DNA of 64,000 bases from the human T2T-CHM13v2.0 reference genome, Homo sapiens: assembly GCF_009914755.1 (NCBI RefSeq), contig NC_060943.1. The stretch is one strand, 5' to 3'. The position numbers were made by a program, and so were the translations under genes. Below the pieces are notes generated by a model, which saw only the letters and a program-made list of their open reading frames with translations, did not search any database and had not been told where the DNA came from. Shown here piece after piece: positions 17,926-38,700 of the stretch; positions within the stretch are counted from its first letter, which is position 1; each line of letters begins with the position of its first letter.

Positions 17926-19150
17926 CTGTCTCTTTGTCACACCCAGTCTGGAGTGTGACCAAAAAAAACAAACCAAAAGGTCAGCTTCAGCGTACAGGAA
18001 GGAGCATAGGAGAATAGAAAGAAAAAAGAACAAAGAAGATAAACAACAACAAGTCACTCTTAAGTATTGTGGAAACAAACTGGAAGTGTGTTTAGGAAAA
18101 AAACAGAGGAAGAAGGTCCGAGTAGTCCCAGGTACTGGTAGGCTGAGATGGGAAGATCACCTGGGTGGAACCAGGGAGATCAAGGACGCAGAGATTCACA
18201 ATCGCATCCCTCTGCTGGACCTGAATGGTACTACCTCCAGCGACAGCCATCCAGTCGACCTTAGATATGGCAAAGCGAGAGTCATCTGGTCAGCCTTAAA
18301 GATGGTAAGCTGGAAGCTAAGTCCGAGGCTCGAGGCCGATATCAGTCTCAAAATAAATAAACAAAAAAACCCAACAGTAAATATTTAACAATAACAAAGA
18401 ATAACAACCAATATTACAGACCAATAAAGTGGGAGTGAACAATGGTATAAGGTAATTAATATCACAATTGAGATCTTCTCCTTTCCTCTCTCTTTTTTCT
18501 CTCTCTCTCTCTCTTTTTTCCATTTGTCACACCGAGGCTGGAGTGTGACAAAAAATAAAATCTAAAACTTCAATTTCAATGTCCAGGAAGGAGCTAAGGA
18601 AAATAGAGAAAAGAACAAAGAAGAGAAACAACAACAAATCACTCTAAGTACTATGGAAACAATCTGAAAGTGGGGTTAGAGAACAAACAGAAGAAGAAAA
18701 TGCGAGTACTCCCACGTACTACTCGGAAGGCCAAGATGGGTAGACCACCTGGGCAAGACCGGGGAGATGGAGGCCACAGTGAATCACGATTGCATCCCTC
18801 TGCTGGACCTGTGTGGTACTACCGCCGGCAAGAGCCACCTGGTCGACTTTAGACAATGCAAGCTGTTGGCTAAGTCCAACACTTGCGACCAACATCTGTC
18901 TCAAAATAAATTTAAACACCAACAGTGAATATATAACAATAACAAAAAATAGCAAACAGTATGAAAGACCAATAAATAAATGAGTGAACAAAGGTAAAAG
19001 ATAATTAATATTACAATTAAGACCTTCTCCCCTTACTCTCATTTTTTCTCTCTCTCTCTTTCTCTCCCTGTTTGTCACACTCAGGCTCGAGTGTGACAAA
19101 AAAATAAACCAAAAGGTCAACTTCAGCATGCAGGATGGAGCATAAAAGAA
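14117..19150 (-). repeat. Same tandem array, right part (~8 units plus partials), with an inverted block at 14753-15798
   Basis: Cores at ~14249, 16400, 16995, 17542, 18121 and 18705 plus a partial unit from 15805; reverse-orientation cores at ~15045 and ~15645. Confidence 0.95.
15477..15489 (+). terminator. Intact Sal-box-like motif AGGTCGACCAGAT
   Basis: Contains GGTCGACCAG, shared with the human (GGGTCGACCAG) and mouse (AGGTCGACCAG...) TTF-I terminator cores; second intact copy on the - strand at 15970-15979. Function untested. Confidence 0.45.
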
Positions 19151-19385
19151 TAGTTTGCGGGTTAGGGCTCAGAAATGGAAGGAAGGCTGGGAAATGCAGG
19201 ACCACAAGAAATGAAAAGCTGTGTTCATTCTCCCCTGGTGACCCTATGCTCAGCAGGGACTAGCAGAAACTGAGGGTTTTGTGATTTGAAAGGGAGGATG
19301 AGTCCAGCCACATACCCCTGGCTGTTACCTAATGTGTGGGCTTCACTAACATTAGATAGTAATTTGGGGAAAAGAGTAGAAATAG

Positions 19386-19698
<313 letters not shown>

Positions 19699-21128
19699 CT
19701 TCATATAAGAGTTTTCAGTGTGAGTTTTTTTTTTCTTCTACTGGTCAGCATAGAACCTTTTTTCAACATGTGAGTTTCTTCCTAATTACTGGATTGTGGC
19801 ACCAAAAAAAAGGCATATTTGAAGTTCTAAATGTCATATTATACATTGTGAAGTGACTTCTCAGGACTGATCTTATCTAAGAAAGAAGTCTGGAGAAAGA
19901 GAGAAAAGAAAGAGACATGAAGAATGGCAATATCAACCCAGGTGATAGTCATTCTTGGTTGATTATCTTCTTAATGCAGTGCTGTGTTTAGCACTGACTA
20001 ACCTTTGATTCTGCAGTCTCCTACCTGACACATTGGCTTGCACTCACCCAGGACCTTACCTCAGTCTCCTCCCATCTTTATTTAACTGTCATTTCATGAA
20101 ATGGCACTTGTGAAAAGGCTCTGTATAGATTGTCTTGGGCAAAGCTTCACTCCAGACCTAGATTGAGGACACGGAGTGGGCTCTGTGGGTTCAGTAGAGT
20201 TGAGCTGCAGGGATTGTTTAGGGGCCACATCTGGAGGTACCATCTGCTTTCTCTGAACCAAAATTAAACAAAATGCACATGTAATGGTGCATTAATATCC
20301 AGGAAGACCTGGGGAATCTTAGACAACAAATATTGATACCAAAAAACTGGCTAAGTTTGACTTCATAATGCATTTGAAGCTAACCCAAGTGAATTAGTGC
20401 TGTTTGAGCCTCAAAGTAGAATCCATAAAACTCTACAATTACAAATATAAGCCAATTCCATCTTTAAATTAAATTTGTTGTAGGTTGTGCCTTGTCTGAA
20501 AAAGTAACTCTTCTGTTCCAGAAACTGACCACTGCCAAAACCATGCATAAGGTGTGAAATAATTACTAACTCATAGGCTGAAATTGTGGAAAGAATATAA
20601 TATCAAGAACATAAGCCATTCCATAACTGATCATAATTTAATATAATGTAATTCTCAGTGGTCCTCATTGTTGCTTTGTGATGTATAAAGATATGGAATA
20701 TGTTTTATGAAAAGTTCTTCAATACATTTTGACTATTAATCCGCTAACTCTTATTTTCTCTACAAGAGTCAGGAATGACTCCAAGATTAGTAGATATATT
20801 TCTCCAATACCTTCATGCATATAAAGTGCATAGAATGTAGCTGATTGAATTATCTTATTCTTTTCAAAAATATTAAATGTAGGTTTTTTGTTGTGTTATT
20901 TTACCTGCTAGGGCATATTATATACTTAAGAAAGATCATAATTGGATGGCGACAGAAAACATCTGGTCTTTGTCAATTATGATAAGACTATTTGCTTCAT
21001 TAAATCAGGGAAGGAGGATTCAAGGAAAGGTAACTTGATGACCTTAATGTTTTCACATTAGAAAAAAAAAAGCATGGATTTCAATTGTTTTCAGAATTGA
21101 ATAGTTTGTGACATTTCTTCTTGGTTTA

Positions 21129-21386
<258 letters not shown>

Positions 21387-22073
21387 CTATTTCAATTATT
21401 TAAGTAAATAAGTATCTGTGCCTCCAGTTTTCCTCTCCAAAATGGATTTGTTTTAATATATTTAATGATTCTAACATTGAAATAACTTTATTTGATGTTT
21501 TCATTCACTAAAAATACAATTTTCCCTGTAATAAATGGTTAGATTTAATTTGGTTAGATTTAAATGAGATCGCTACAATCAAAACTCTTTTAAAGTACAA
21601 ATATATTTTATAACTGACAAATATGCAAAATTAAAAATAACAAATTTGTGACATATTAAAGTGTATCTGTGTCTGTAAGATTGAGAAACATAGTGGATAA
21701 GCACATTGTCTACACCTGAAACTTTCTTTTTACAATGAGGTGACTTTAGAAATGTCATTCAGCCTTCTTTTGTTTAATATCTCCTTACCTGTAAAAAGGG
21801 AACAATAAAGCACATTGTAGATGTATGATAAAAATACATGTAAAACCTGTTATAGTATTCTAGAGTAGTGTTATAGTATAGTGGGAATATATATGTTTTT
21901 CTCTTTAGAACAAAAGTATTGTGAAATAAAAGTTTCAATAAAATATTTCTGAGTTGGATACAATGGGAAGTACACAGTAGAATGTTTCTATTTTCTCCAT
22001 AAAACAGACCTCATCTGTCCATGAAAGATCTCCTCACGTGGAAATGAAATTATCAGTTACTTGAAAATATCAG

Positions 22074-23002
22074 ATTGTCTCCAGTAATATAGCAGTAGGA
22101 ATGATCTTATCTCAGACCATAGTTAAATAGTTGGATTTTTTTTCTTCCTTGACATCAGATTTTCTTTAATTACCAGATGCACATTGTGATACACAGATTT
22201 GACTCTCAAGCACCTATGGCCAACTCCTTGGTACTCTCCAAAAAGGTCCCTTAGACAATGACTGATTTGGAGTTGAAATATTTTTTCAGTAATATTAGAT
22301 AGAAAGTTGTTTTCTGTATTCACAGAGTGGCCACAGCATGTGCATTGGCACCATCTGCCTCTTGAGTATCTCCCAGGTCATCACCATCAGCCCCCAAAAC
22401 CTCAGGTGAACGTAGCTTAAACTACATGCTTCCAAATATATTTGAATCTCTAATATCCAAATTATGTGCTGAATTCTGAATAGGCTTGTAAATGTCATTT
22501 TTTCCTGTGTATGTTACTGGTAAGTGGAACACCATAAAGAACACAAAGATTATTTTAAACACTGTTCTGGAGTAGTTAATAACAGAATTCCACATTTATG
22601 ACATGTCATGTTTTTATCATTTTTTAGTGTTTTGTGTTTGGAAATTATAACCTGGGCCAACAGCTCCATGACCTTTATTCTGTTCAACACAAGTGGTGGG
22701 TCCAACATATTCATAGGTCCAACACCACTCCTAAATTCTCACATGAGTCCAGAGTCACCCAAAGCATCTTTGTCCTAAAGGAGCACCTTTGTATCATTTT
22801 ACACTCTCTCCTACATCTTTTCAGTATATATGGTTATTTTGTATAATTCAAATTGTTGGCTTATGAACAACTCTAAACTGATTACCGCTTGTTTTTTTCT
22901 ATAGTCAGGCCCATTGTTCTCCTAAGCCATGACCCCAGGATAAACAGTATAACCTCTTCATGCTGTGGAAGGAATATACAGTTTCCTAAGATAATCAGAT
23001 AG
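22074..23002 (+). pseudogene. Vomeronasal type-1 receptor (VN1R2/VN1R4-like) pseudogene
   Basis: Fragments IAVGMILSQTIV, TDLTLKHL, ANSLVLSKKVP*TM, KVVFCIHRVA, CIGTICLLSISQVITISP, PVYVTGKWN, HKWWVQHIHRSNTTPKFSHESRVTQSIFVL and LLSHDPR are colinear with V1R GPCRs; start lost (ATT); many stops and frameshifts. Confidence 0.93.
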
Positions 23003-24490
23003 ATCTACATTTTATGTGGAATTATTTTTTAAATGTGCAGACATGTATTCATTATTTTATGCAGAGGTTAAATTCCCACAAAGAGCAGTCACATATCAGA
23101 GAACCTGTGAATCACAGACTGAGTCCCTGCCCTCATAGAATTTATTGTATGGTAGCAATGACAGTTACAGACTAAATGTTTTGAATAGTTTTTTGATAAT
23201 TTTCTATTTACTAAATGTTATAATAAAGAAATGTAGAGGCCAAAAATTTATCTTAAAATTGGGCCTCTAATAATTTAGACAATGGAAAGCTTATATGGTT
23301 ATGTAGCTTTAAACTAATTAAGTTAAAATGTCATAGATGGCTCATAGGTACATCAAGATGGTAGAATGGAAGGCTTCGCCAACCATCCCCCCTGCAAGGA
23401 CACCAATTTAACAATGACCTACATTTAAAAAGCACCTTCGTAAGAACCAAAAGTCAGGTGAGCACTCATGGTACCTGGTTTTAACTTCATATTGCTGAAA
23501 GAGGCACTGAACGGGTAGGAATAACAGTCTTGAATCTTTTACACTATTTTTCCCACATCCCCCAACAATGGTGGCATGGTGCAGAAAGGGAGAGTTCAGC
23601 AATTGTGAGGCATTGAATTCAGTGCTTTCCTGTTATAACGGAAAGAAAAAGCAAACCAAACTCGGCTAACACTTGCTGATGGAGGAATTATTTAAACCAT
23701 ATAGTTAAATACAGTTGCTGGTGATAGTAAGTACACAGAAAATTAAATAATATTATAACACCGTAACTGTGGTGTGTGAACTACTTTTATGCAAGGTAGA
23801 AAGACTAAACAATAAACCAATCAAAAATAACAACTGCAACAACTTTTCAAGACATAGACAGTAAAATTACATATAAATAGAAACAACAAAAACTGAGGGA
23901 AGAGATTTAAAGCATACAGTTTTTATTATTCTTTTTGCTTCTTTGTTTATTCAAACAGTGTTAAGTTGTTATTAGATTAAAATAATAGATTACAAGATAG
24001 CATTTGCAAGCTTCATGGTAACCTCAAACCAAAAAACATACAAGAATACACAAAAAATAAAAAGCACAAAACTAAGTCACATCACCAGAGAAAACTACCT
24101 TCAATAAAAGGAAGACAAAAAGCAAAGAAAGATAAAAGAGAAGACCTCCTTCACTAAAAGGAAGACAAAAAGCAAAGAAAGATAAAAAAGACCCCAAAGC
24201 AACCATAAAACAAATAAAATGGCAGAAGTAAGGTTTTGCTTATCAATAATAACATTGAATGTAAATGGACTAAACTCGCCAATCAAGACAGAGTGGATGA
24301 ATGTATATAAAAACAAGACATATTGATCCTTTGCCTGTAAGAAATTCACCTCATCTATAAAGACATACATAGACTAAAAATTTTAGAAATGGAAAAAGAT
24401 ATTCAATGTCAATTAAAAAAATGCAGTAGTAGCTATACTTACATCAGAAAAATAGATTTTTAGACAAAATTTATAAGGAAAGACAAAGAG

Positions 24491-24784
<294 letters not shown>

Positions 24785-25489
24785 GACAGAGAGGTTACTA
24801 TGTAATCATAAAGGGGTAAATTTAACAAGAGGGTATAACAATTTTAAATATAAATACAACCAACTCTTGAGCACTGAAATATATAAAGCAAATATTATTA
24901 GAGCCTGAGAGAGATAGACTCTAATACAATAATAGGTGGAGACTCCAAAAACCCACTTTCAGCATTGAATAGATGTTACAGATATTCCAGACACATTATC
25001 AACAAAGAAACATTGGACTTAATCTGTTGCACTATAGACCAAATGTACCTAGTAAATATTTACAGGACATTTTATCTAATGGTTGCAGAATGCATTCTTT
25101 TCTTTAGCACATGGATTATTTTCAAGGATAGACTATATGTTAGGTCACAAAAAAGTCCTAAAACATTCAAAAACTAGAAATAATATCAAACATCTTATTT
25201 GTCCACAATGGAATAAAATTATAAATTAATAAGAAGAGGAATTATAAAAACTATACAAATACACAAAAATAAACAATATGCTTCTGAGTGATTATTGGGT
25301 CCATGAAGAAATTAAGAAGAAAATTAAAAATGTTCTTGAAACAAATGATAATAAAAGCACTGTGTATCAAAATCTATGGGATACACAAAAGCAGTACTAA
25401 CAGGAATGTTTATAGGTATAAGTGACTACATCCCAAAAATGGGAACATTTTCAAATAAACAACCTAATAATGTATCTTAAAGAACTAGA

Positions 25490-25923
<434 letters not shown>

Positions 25924-27687
25924 CTAAACAAAATTTTAAAATCCAAATTTAAAACAATTTAACAAACAAAAAAATAAACTAAGAAACAAGAGGGCAAGTT
26001 AGTGAGGCCTACAGGCTCCAGGACAATGTAAGAGATCTCAGAAGCCTCCCATGCTTTCTTGTTTGCCTCCGCTGTTCTGAGGTATCCAGTTAACTCACAA
26101 GACTCCATCATCCCAGCCTGGAAAATGACTCTGGTTCCACTTCCAAAAAAGAACCCCAAAGCTATGACAGGGATGGCCTTCAGATCAGTGATAGGATGCT
26201 CTGCCATGTTCTATACTAAGCTGAGTGCTCAGTCCCACAAACCGCCAGGCCAATTTTTGCTCTGAAAAACCTCCAGAGGATAATAGAGAAATTTCTAAGG
26301 ATCTGAGAGTAGAGTGGGTAACTGATAGACAGCAAGGTCAACTCACCTTTTTAAGCCTTTGAAATTTAGAGGCCACTCAGGTCAATTACTTCAATTTACA
26401 GAGAAAAAAGTTTGAGGTTTTCACTACTGTATTCCCCTCCATACTGGGTGTAGGGGGATTCCTCCCGGTTTTAATTACAGAGAGCAGTGAATGCAGAAGC
26501 CAAGTTTTTGTCCTCTGAAAGCTTTCCTGGGGATGGCCACAGCCCAGGCAGATCCATGGGAACCTTGAAGTTCCCAAGTCATCAGTTATAGGTCCTGGAC
26601 ATGTTACCAGGAGACTGGGTGCCCCTACCCCATGGCAAAGCTGCCGCCATCCTCTGTCTTCTTTCTTCTCGTCACTCCATCAGTGTTAACTCTTCCTTTA
26701 ACCTGAGAAGTCTGTGTGTGTGTGTGTGTCTGTGTGTGCACACGTGCATGCAAAACTGTGCAGGTTTAATGATGCAGACATGAGTTTGCTGCATATGAGA
26801 AAATTGGCAGAAATTCTCAGGATCTCAGGGACTCTCATTCCTAAAGCAAACCCCATTATAAGGATGAACCTTGGCCTATGAGGTCAGAATGCTCTTTTAT
26901 CCTCTGGACTCTGCCAACTTTATGTTCTCTGGGCCATTCTCTGCTTCTCTCCAGACTTCAATTTCCCAGTTATCCAGTGAGATGTTAGATGTCAAAGTGC
27001 TTAAACCACAGCTCAGCCTGCACATGGTGCAAGTTCCCTACCAACTAGGATGGGTGTAGCAGAGCTGTGATGAGGGTGTGCCCAGATCTTCCTCACTTGG
27101 GCAGAAATAGATGGGTTCTGCACTGGGCAGCTGGACCTTCTGTCCAAAAAGTCATGCACACAGGATCCTTCAAGGCCCACAGACAATGTGTGCATGTGGG
27201 ACCCACCTTTATCCCCCAGCAGCTCCCACTGGAGCATACCCAATATGTCCCCTGTCCTCTGCATCTAGAAAGTGGTGACATCCACACTTAACACACGGAC
27301 TGATAAGCCCTTTGTGGTGGAGTAGTCCTACAAAAAGAATCTGAGATGCTATTACTGTACAAGGAATTATGGAGGTGGGCCATATAGAAGCACTAGAACT
27401 TCAGAATTAAATCTCCCCACTCCTGCCTCCACCACTATGCAGATAAGAAAATGTCTTAAGAAAGAGACATGTCTTACCGAAGATTACCAGGGATTCCATG
27501 TCAAAGCTAGCACTTTGGTTAGGATTACATTTGCCTACAAGTAGAAGGATACCCAATATAATAGTAGTGCAGACAAAAGACAGAATGCTTTCTTTCTGAT
27601 AAATAAGAATCTTAGAGCTGGACAGTCCATGCTGACTCTGGACTGTGCACCAAGGCAGTCAAAAATAATCTATCTTTTTGCTACAAC

Positions 27688-29570
27688 TTTTTTTCTAACT
27701 TTTAAGTTCAGGGGTACATGTGCAGGATGTGCAGCTTTGTTACATAGGTAAATATGTGTCATAAAGATTGGTTGTATACATTGTTTTATCACCCAGGTAT
27801 TAAGCCTACTATCCATTAGTTATTTTTTCTGCTTCTCTCCCTCCTCCCACTCTCCACCTCATGATATGCCCCAGTGCATGTTGTTCCTTCTGTGTGTTCT
27901 CATCATCTAGCTCCCACTTGTAAGTGAGAAAATGTGGTATTTGGTTTCCTTTTCCTGCATTAGTTTGCTAAAGATAATGGCCTCCAACTTCTTCCATGTC
28001 TAAAAAGGACATGATCTTGGTTTTTTTTTTTAATGGCTGCATAGTATTCTGTGGTGTATATGTACTACATTTTCTGCATCCAGTCTATCATTGATGAACA
28101 CGTGGGTTGATTTAATGTATTTGCTATTGTGAATAGGTCTGCAATGAATGTGTGTGTGCATGTGTCTTTATAATAGAATGACTTTATAATAGAATGACAT
28201 ATTCATTTGGGTATATACTCAGTGATGAAATTGCTGGGTTGAATTTTATTTCTGTCTTTAGGTCTTTGAGGAATCATCACACTGTCTTCCACAATGGTTG
28301 AACTCATTTACACTCCCACCAACAGGGTAAAAACGTTCCTTTTTCTCCAAAGTTTTACCAGCATATGTTATTTTTTGACTTTTTAATAATAGCCATTTTG
28401 ACTGGTATAAAACAATATCTCATTGTGGTTTGGATTTGCATTTCTCTAATGATCAGTGATGTTGAGGTTTTTTCATATGCTTTTTTAGCTGCATGTATGT
28501 CTTCTTTTGAGAAGTGTCTCTTTTTGTCTTTTGCTCACTTTTTAATGGGGTTGTTTACTTTTTTCTTGTAAATTTAAGTTCTTACAGATGCTGGAAATTA
28601 AATCTTTGTCAGATGCATAGTTTGCAAAAATTTTCTCCCATTCTGTACGTGGTCTGCTTACTATGCTGATAGTTTTTGTTTTTTCTTTTCTTTTCTTTTT
28701 TTCTTTCCTTTTTTTTTTTTTTTGCTGTGCAGAAGCTCTTTAGTTTACTTAGATCCCATTCATCAATATTTCCTTTGTTTTAATTGCTTTTGGCATCTTC
28801 ATCATAAAACATTTGCCCATGTGTATGTCCTGAATTGTATTGCCTAGGTTATCTTCCAAAGTTTTTATAGTTTGGGGTTTTACATTTTAGTCTTTAAACC
28901 ATCTTGAGTTGATTATTGTATATGCTGTAAGGAAGGAGTTCAGTTTCTTTTTTTAAATTTTACTTTAAGTTACAGGATACAAGTGCAGAATGTGCAGGTT
29001 TGTTACATAGGTATACATATGCCATGGTGGTTTGCTGCACCTATCAACCCATTATCTAGGTTTTAAGCCATGCATGCATTAGCTTTTTGTCCTTATGCTC
29101 TCCCTCTCCTCACCTCCCATCCTCCGACTAGCCCTAGTGTATGTTGTTCCCCTCCCTGTGTCCATGTGTTATCATTGTTCAACTCCCACTTACAAGTGAG
29201 GACACGTGGTGTTTGGTTTTCTGATCTTATGTTAGTTTGCTGAAGATGATGGAGGAAGAGAGTCCGTTTCAATTTTCTGCCTATGGCTAGCCAGTTATCC
29301 CAGCACCATTTATTCAATGGGGTGTCCTTTTCCCATTGCTTGTTTTTGTCAGTTTTGCCAAAAATCAGATAGTTGTAGCCATGTGGTCTTATTTCTGGGT
29401 TCTCTATTCTGTTTTATTGGTCTGTGTGTCTCTTCTTGTACCAGTACCATGCCTTTTTGGTTACTATAGCCCCGTAGCATAGTTTGAAGTTGGGTAGCAT
29501 GATATCTTCAGCTTTGTTATTTTTGCTTAGGATTGTCTTGAGTATTCAGGCTCTTGTTTGTTTCAATATA
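27688..29570 (-). mobile_element. Older L1PA (PA10-15-like) 3' fragment with a nested short L1PA8-like 3' end at ~28946-29250
   Basis: Two L1 3'UTR starts (ttttaagttcaggggtac; tttaagttacaggatac); the host resumes after aggaagagagtccgtttc, echoing aggaaggagttcagtttc. Confidence 0.85.
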
Positions 29571-29573
29571 TAA

Positions 29574-35702
<6,129 letters not shown>

Positions 35703-35719
35703 ATTTTGATCTTTACCCA

Positions 35720-38700
35720 CACAGATAATTGTGATGTATTTCTAGGACTCTCACCTAAATAAAGTTATCCTTTTACCTGGGCTCTCCTCTCAGGGGTTAT
35801 TGCAAGGTATTGCTGGACGTAAAGCCTAGGTGATGTGACTCTTCTAGACTGCTTAGCCTTTGCTCAATACAAAATTGTAATGTTTCAATGGATCCAAGAC
35901 CTAAATGATGTGACTATCATCTCTTGCCTGAGCCCTGAATACATTGTGTTTTGTGACACTGTGACTCTCTTGCATGGGCCCTGCCAACAGAAGGCATTAT
36001 GACATATCTCTGGCTGCATCAATTATTTGATGTGACTCTGCTGTTTTACCTGGACATTGCCCATAGAAGAGATTGTGACATATCTCTGGGCCAAATAGCT
36101 AGGTGTTGGTGACTCTCCTCTTTTGCCTGTGCCAGGCTCCCAGAAGGAATAATGAATTATCACTAGGCCCAGCACAAATGCAATGTCATTCTTCTGCCTG
36201 ATTATTGTCCACAAGGGCCACTGTGACATATCTCTGGGCCCATGACCTAGGTGATGTGATTCTCATTTTCTTTCTGGGACTTGTCCACAGTGAAAATTGT
36301 GACATATTTCTTGCTGTAGCACCTACATTATATTACTCTCTACTCTTGCCTGAGCCCTGCCTACTGGTGTGATTGTGACAGATAAGTGGGCACTGACCTT
36401 ATGTTATGTGATTCTTATCTTTTTTTCTAGCTGTATTTACCAGGGACATTGTTACATATTTCTTGTTCCCTCACCAAGGTGATGTGACACCTCTGCCTAA
36501 GCCTTTCTCTCAGGAAGTATTGTGGCAAATTGTTGTACCTGGCACCTAAGTAATGTGACCCTTCTCTACTTCTTGGGCTCTGCTGAAGGAGGCATTGTGA
36601 TGTATCCCTGGACACAGGGCCTAAGGGATGTTACTCTCCTCTCCTGCCTGGGCCCGGCATACATTGTGTGTTGTAATATATGGCTGCACCCAACAAGTAC
36701 GTGATGCAACTCTACTCTACGGTCCCTGAAGACAGGGGTATTATATGATACTGTTTGTTCATCACCTAGGAGATATGACACATTTTTGTTGCCTGGGACC
36801 TGCCAAATAAGAAGATTGTGACATATCACTTGATCCATCATCTAGGTGATATGAGTCTCTCTCTCTCTCTTTTTTTTTTTTTGCCTGGTCCCCACATGTT
36901 TTGGGTATTGTGACATATCGCTGGGCCCAATACCTAGAAATGGAACGCTCCTGGCTGGGGCCTGTCCACAGTGGACCTGGTGACATATTTCTGCATTTAT
37001 CACCTAAGCAATGTGGCTCTCTTCTTCTGCCTGCACCCTGCCTACAGGGAAGATTGTGACATGTTGCTGGCCTCAGCAAACAGATGATAAGTCTCTCCTA
37101 ATTGAGTCTTGCCCACAGAAAGCATTTTGACACATCGCTGGGCCCATTAACAAGGTGATGTGGTTCTGCAGTCTACATCCTGCATCCAGCTTTCAGGAGG
37201 GGATTGTGATTGTAACATATTCCTGGCTAAGTACCCAGGTGATATTATTCCTCTGCCTGGTCCCTTCTGTCAGGGAAGATTGTGACATATTCCTGGACCA
37301 GAACATAGGCGATGCGACTCTCCTGTTTGCTCCCTACCCACAGGTAGGGACATATATCTTGGTCCAGCTAACAGTTGCAATGATGACTCTAATACCACAC
37401 ACCAGCCAACAGAAAATATACTGTCTGTTTTAGCTGAGGTTAGAGACACGGGTAAAATCCCATGTCTCCTCTTTGTATGAAGGTTATAGAAAATTACCAC
37501 TTTCTCACACATTGTATAAAGCCCTAGTGTGGAACAAAATGTCACCACGGAACCCAGCATTCAAATGAGATTGTGTTTCTCATATTCTCACCCTACCATC
37601 CATTAGGATTTTCACCCTTACACGTGGACAGAGCCCACAGGTGAGGTCCTGAATCACACAGGTTGACACAGTCCACAGCTGGAATTGTTTCTCTCATTTG
37701 CTAAGTTGGGATGGTGACTCATTTCCAAACCTAGTTCACTTCTGTTTGGACTGAGCCAATTGAAGAGAAGTTGACTCTGAGACAAGCGGTTAGGGTAAAA
37801 ATTATAACCATGGGTCCATACCAGAAGGGAGGTCTCAAAGCATATTGAGGCTCTCATGCATAAAGCCCTCAGGTGCTACAAAGTGTTTCCTGACAAGGCA
37901 CAGCACAGGTGAGATTTTGACACTGGTATGCACATCATACTGCCACATGAACACAGCCAACTTTTGAGGTTCTGAATGTCACATTTGGAGGCAGTCGAAA
38001 CTTGAAAAAGTGACTCTTATATGTGGATCCAGTCCACAGGTGGGCTGGTGACTCTCCGTCCAAGATTCAGCACACCTGTGAGGCTGTGACTCTACTAAGG
38101 AGGCATAGTGCACAGAAGAAAGCGAGGTTCCCACGCACAGACCTAGTCCACCATTAAGATTGTGACTCATGTATTTAGACCCAACATAGAGGAGATGTTG
38201 ACTCCCATACTTAGAATTGGGTCATGTGCAAGAACTTTAACTTTATCCCTGTATCTTTCTGCATGTGAGACTGTGTGACATATGCCTCTGTCCAGCAACT
38301 GAGTGATTTAACACTTCTGCCTTGGCCCAACCCACAGATGGAATTTTGACATATTGCTAAACCCAGCACCTTCATCATGGGACTCTATTCCACTGCCTTG
38401 GCACTGCCCATAGACAGCATTGTGACATATCACTGTCACTAGGCCTTATATTCAGTTAATGTCAGTCTCCTCTTCTGTTTTGTCACTGTGCACAGAAGGC
38501 ATTGTGACGTTGGGCCCCACACCCAAGTTATGTGATTCTCCTACCTGTACCCTGCCCACACGGCCCATTGTGATATGTTGCTTGGTCCAGAACCCAGGTG
38601 ATGTAACTCTCTTGCCTTGGCCCTTCCTACAGGAGGCATTATGACATCTCTGCACCCATTAGCCAGGTGATATGACTCACTTCTGCCTGATCGCTGCTCA

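Noticed and set aside
25990-27660. Unique sequence with an acceptor-like ttctctccag near 26954
   Set aside because: No recognisable coding similarity or matching exon structure; left unannotated.
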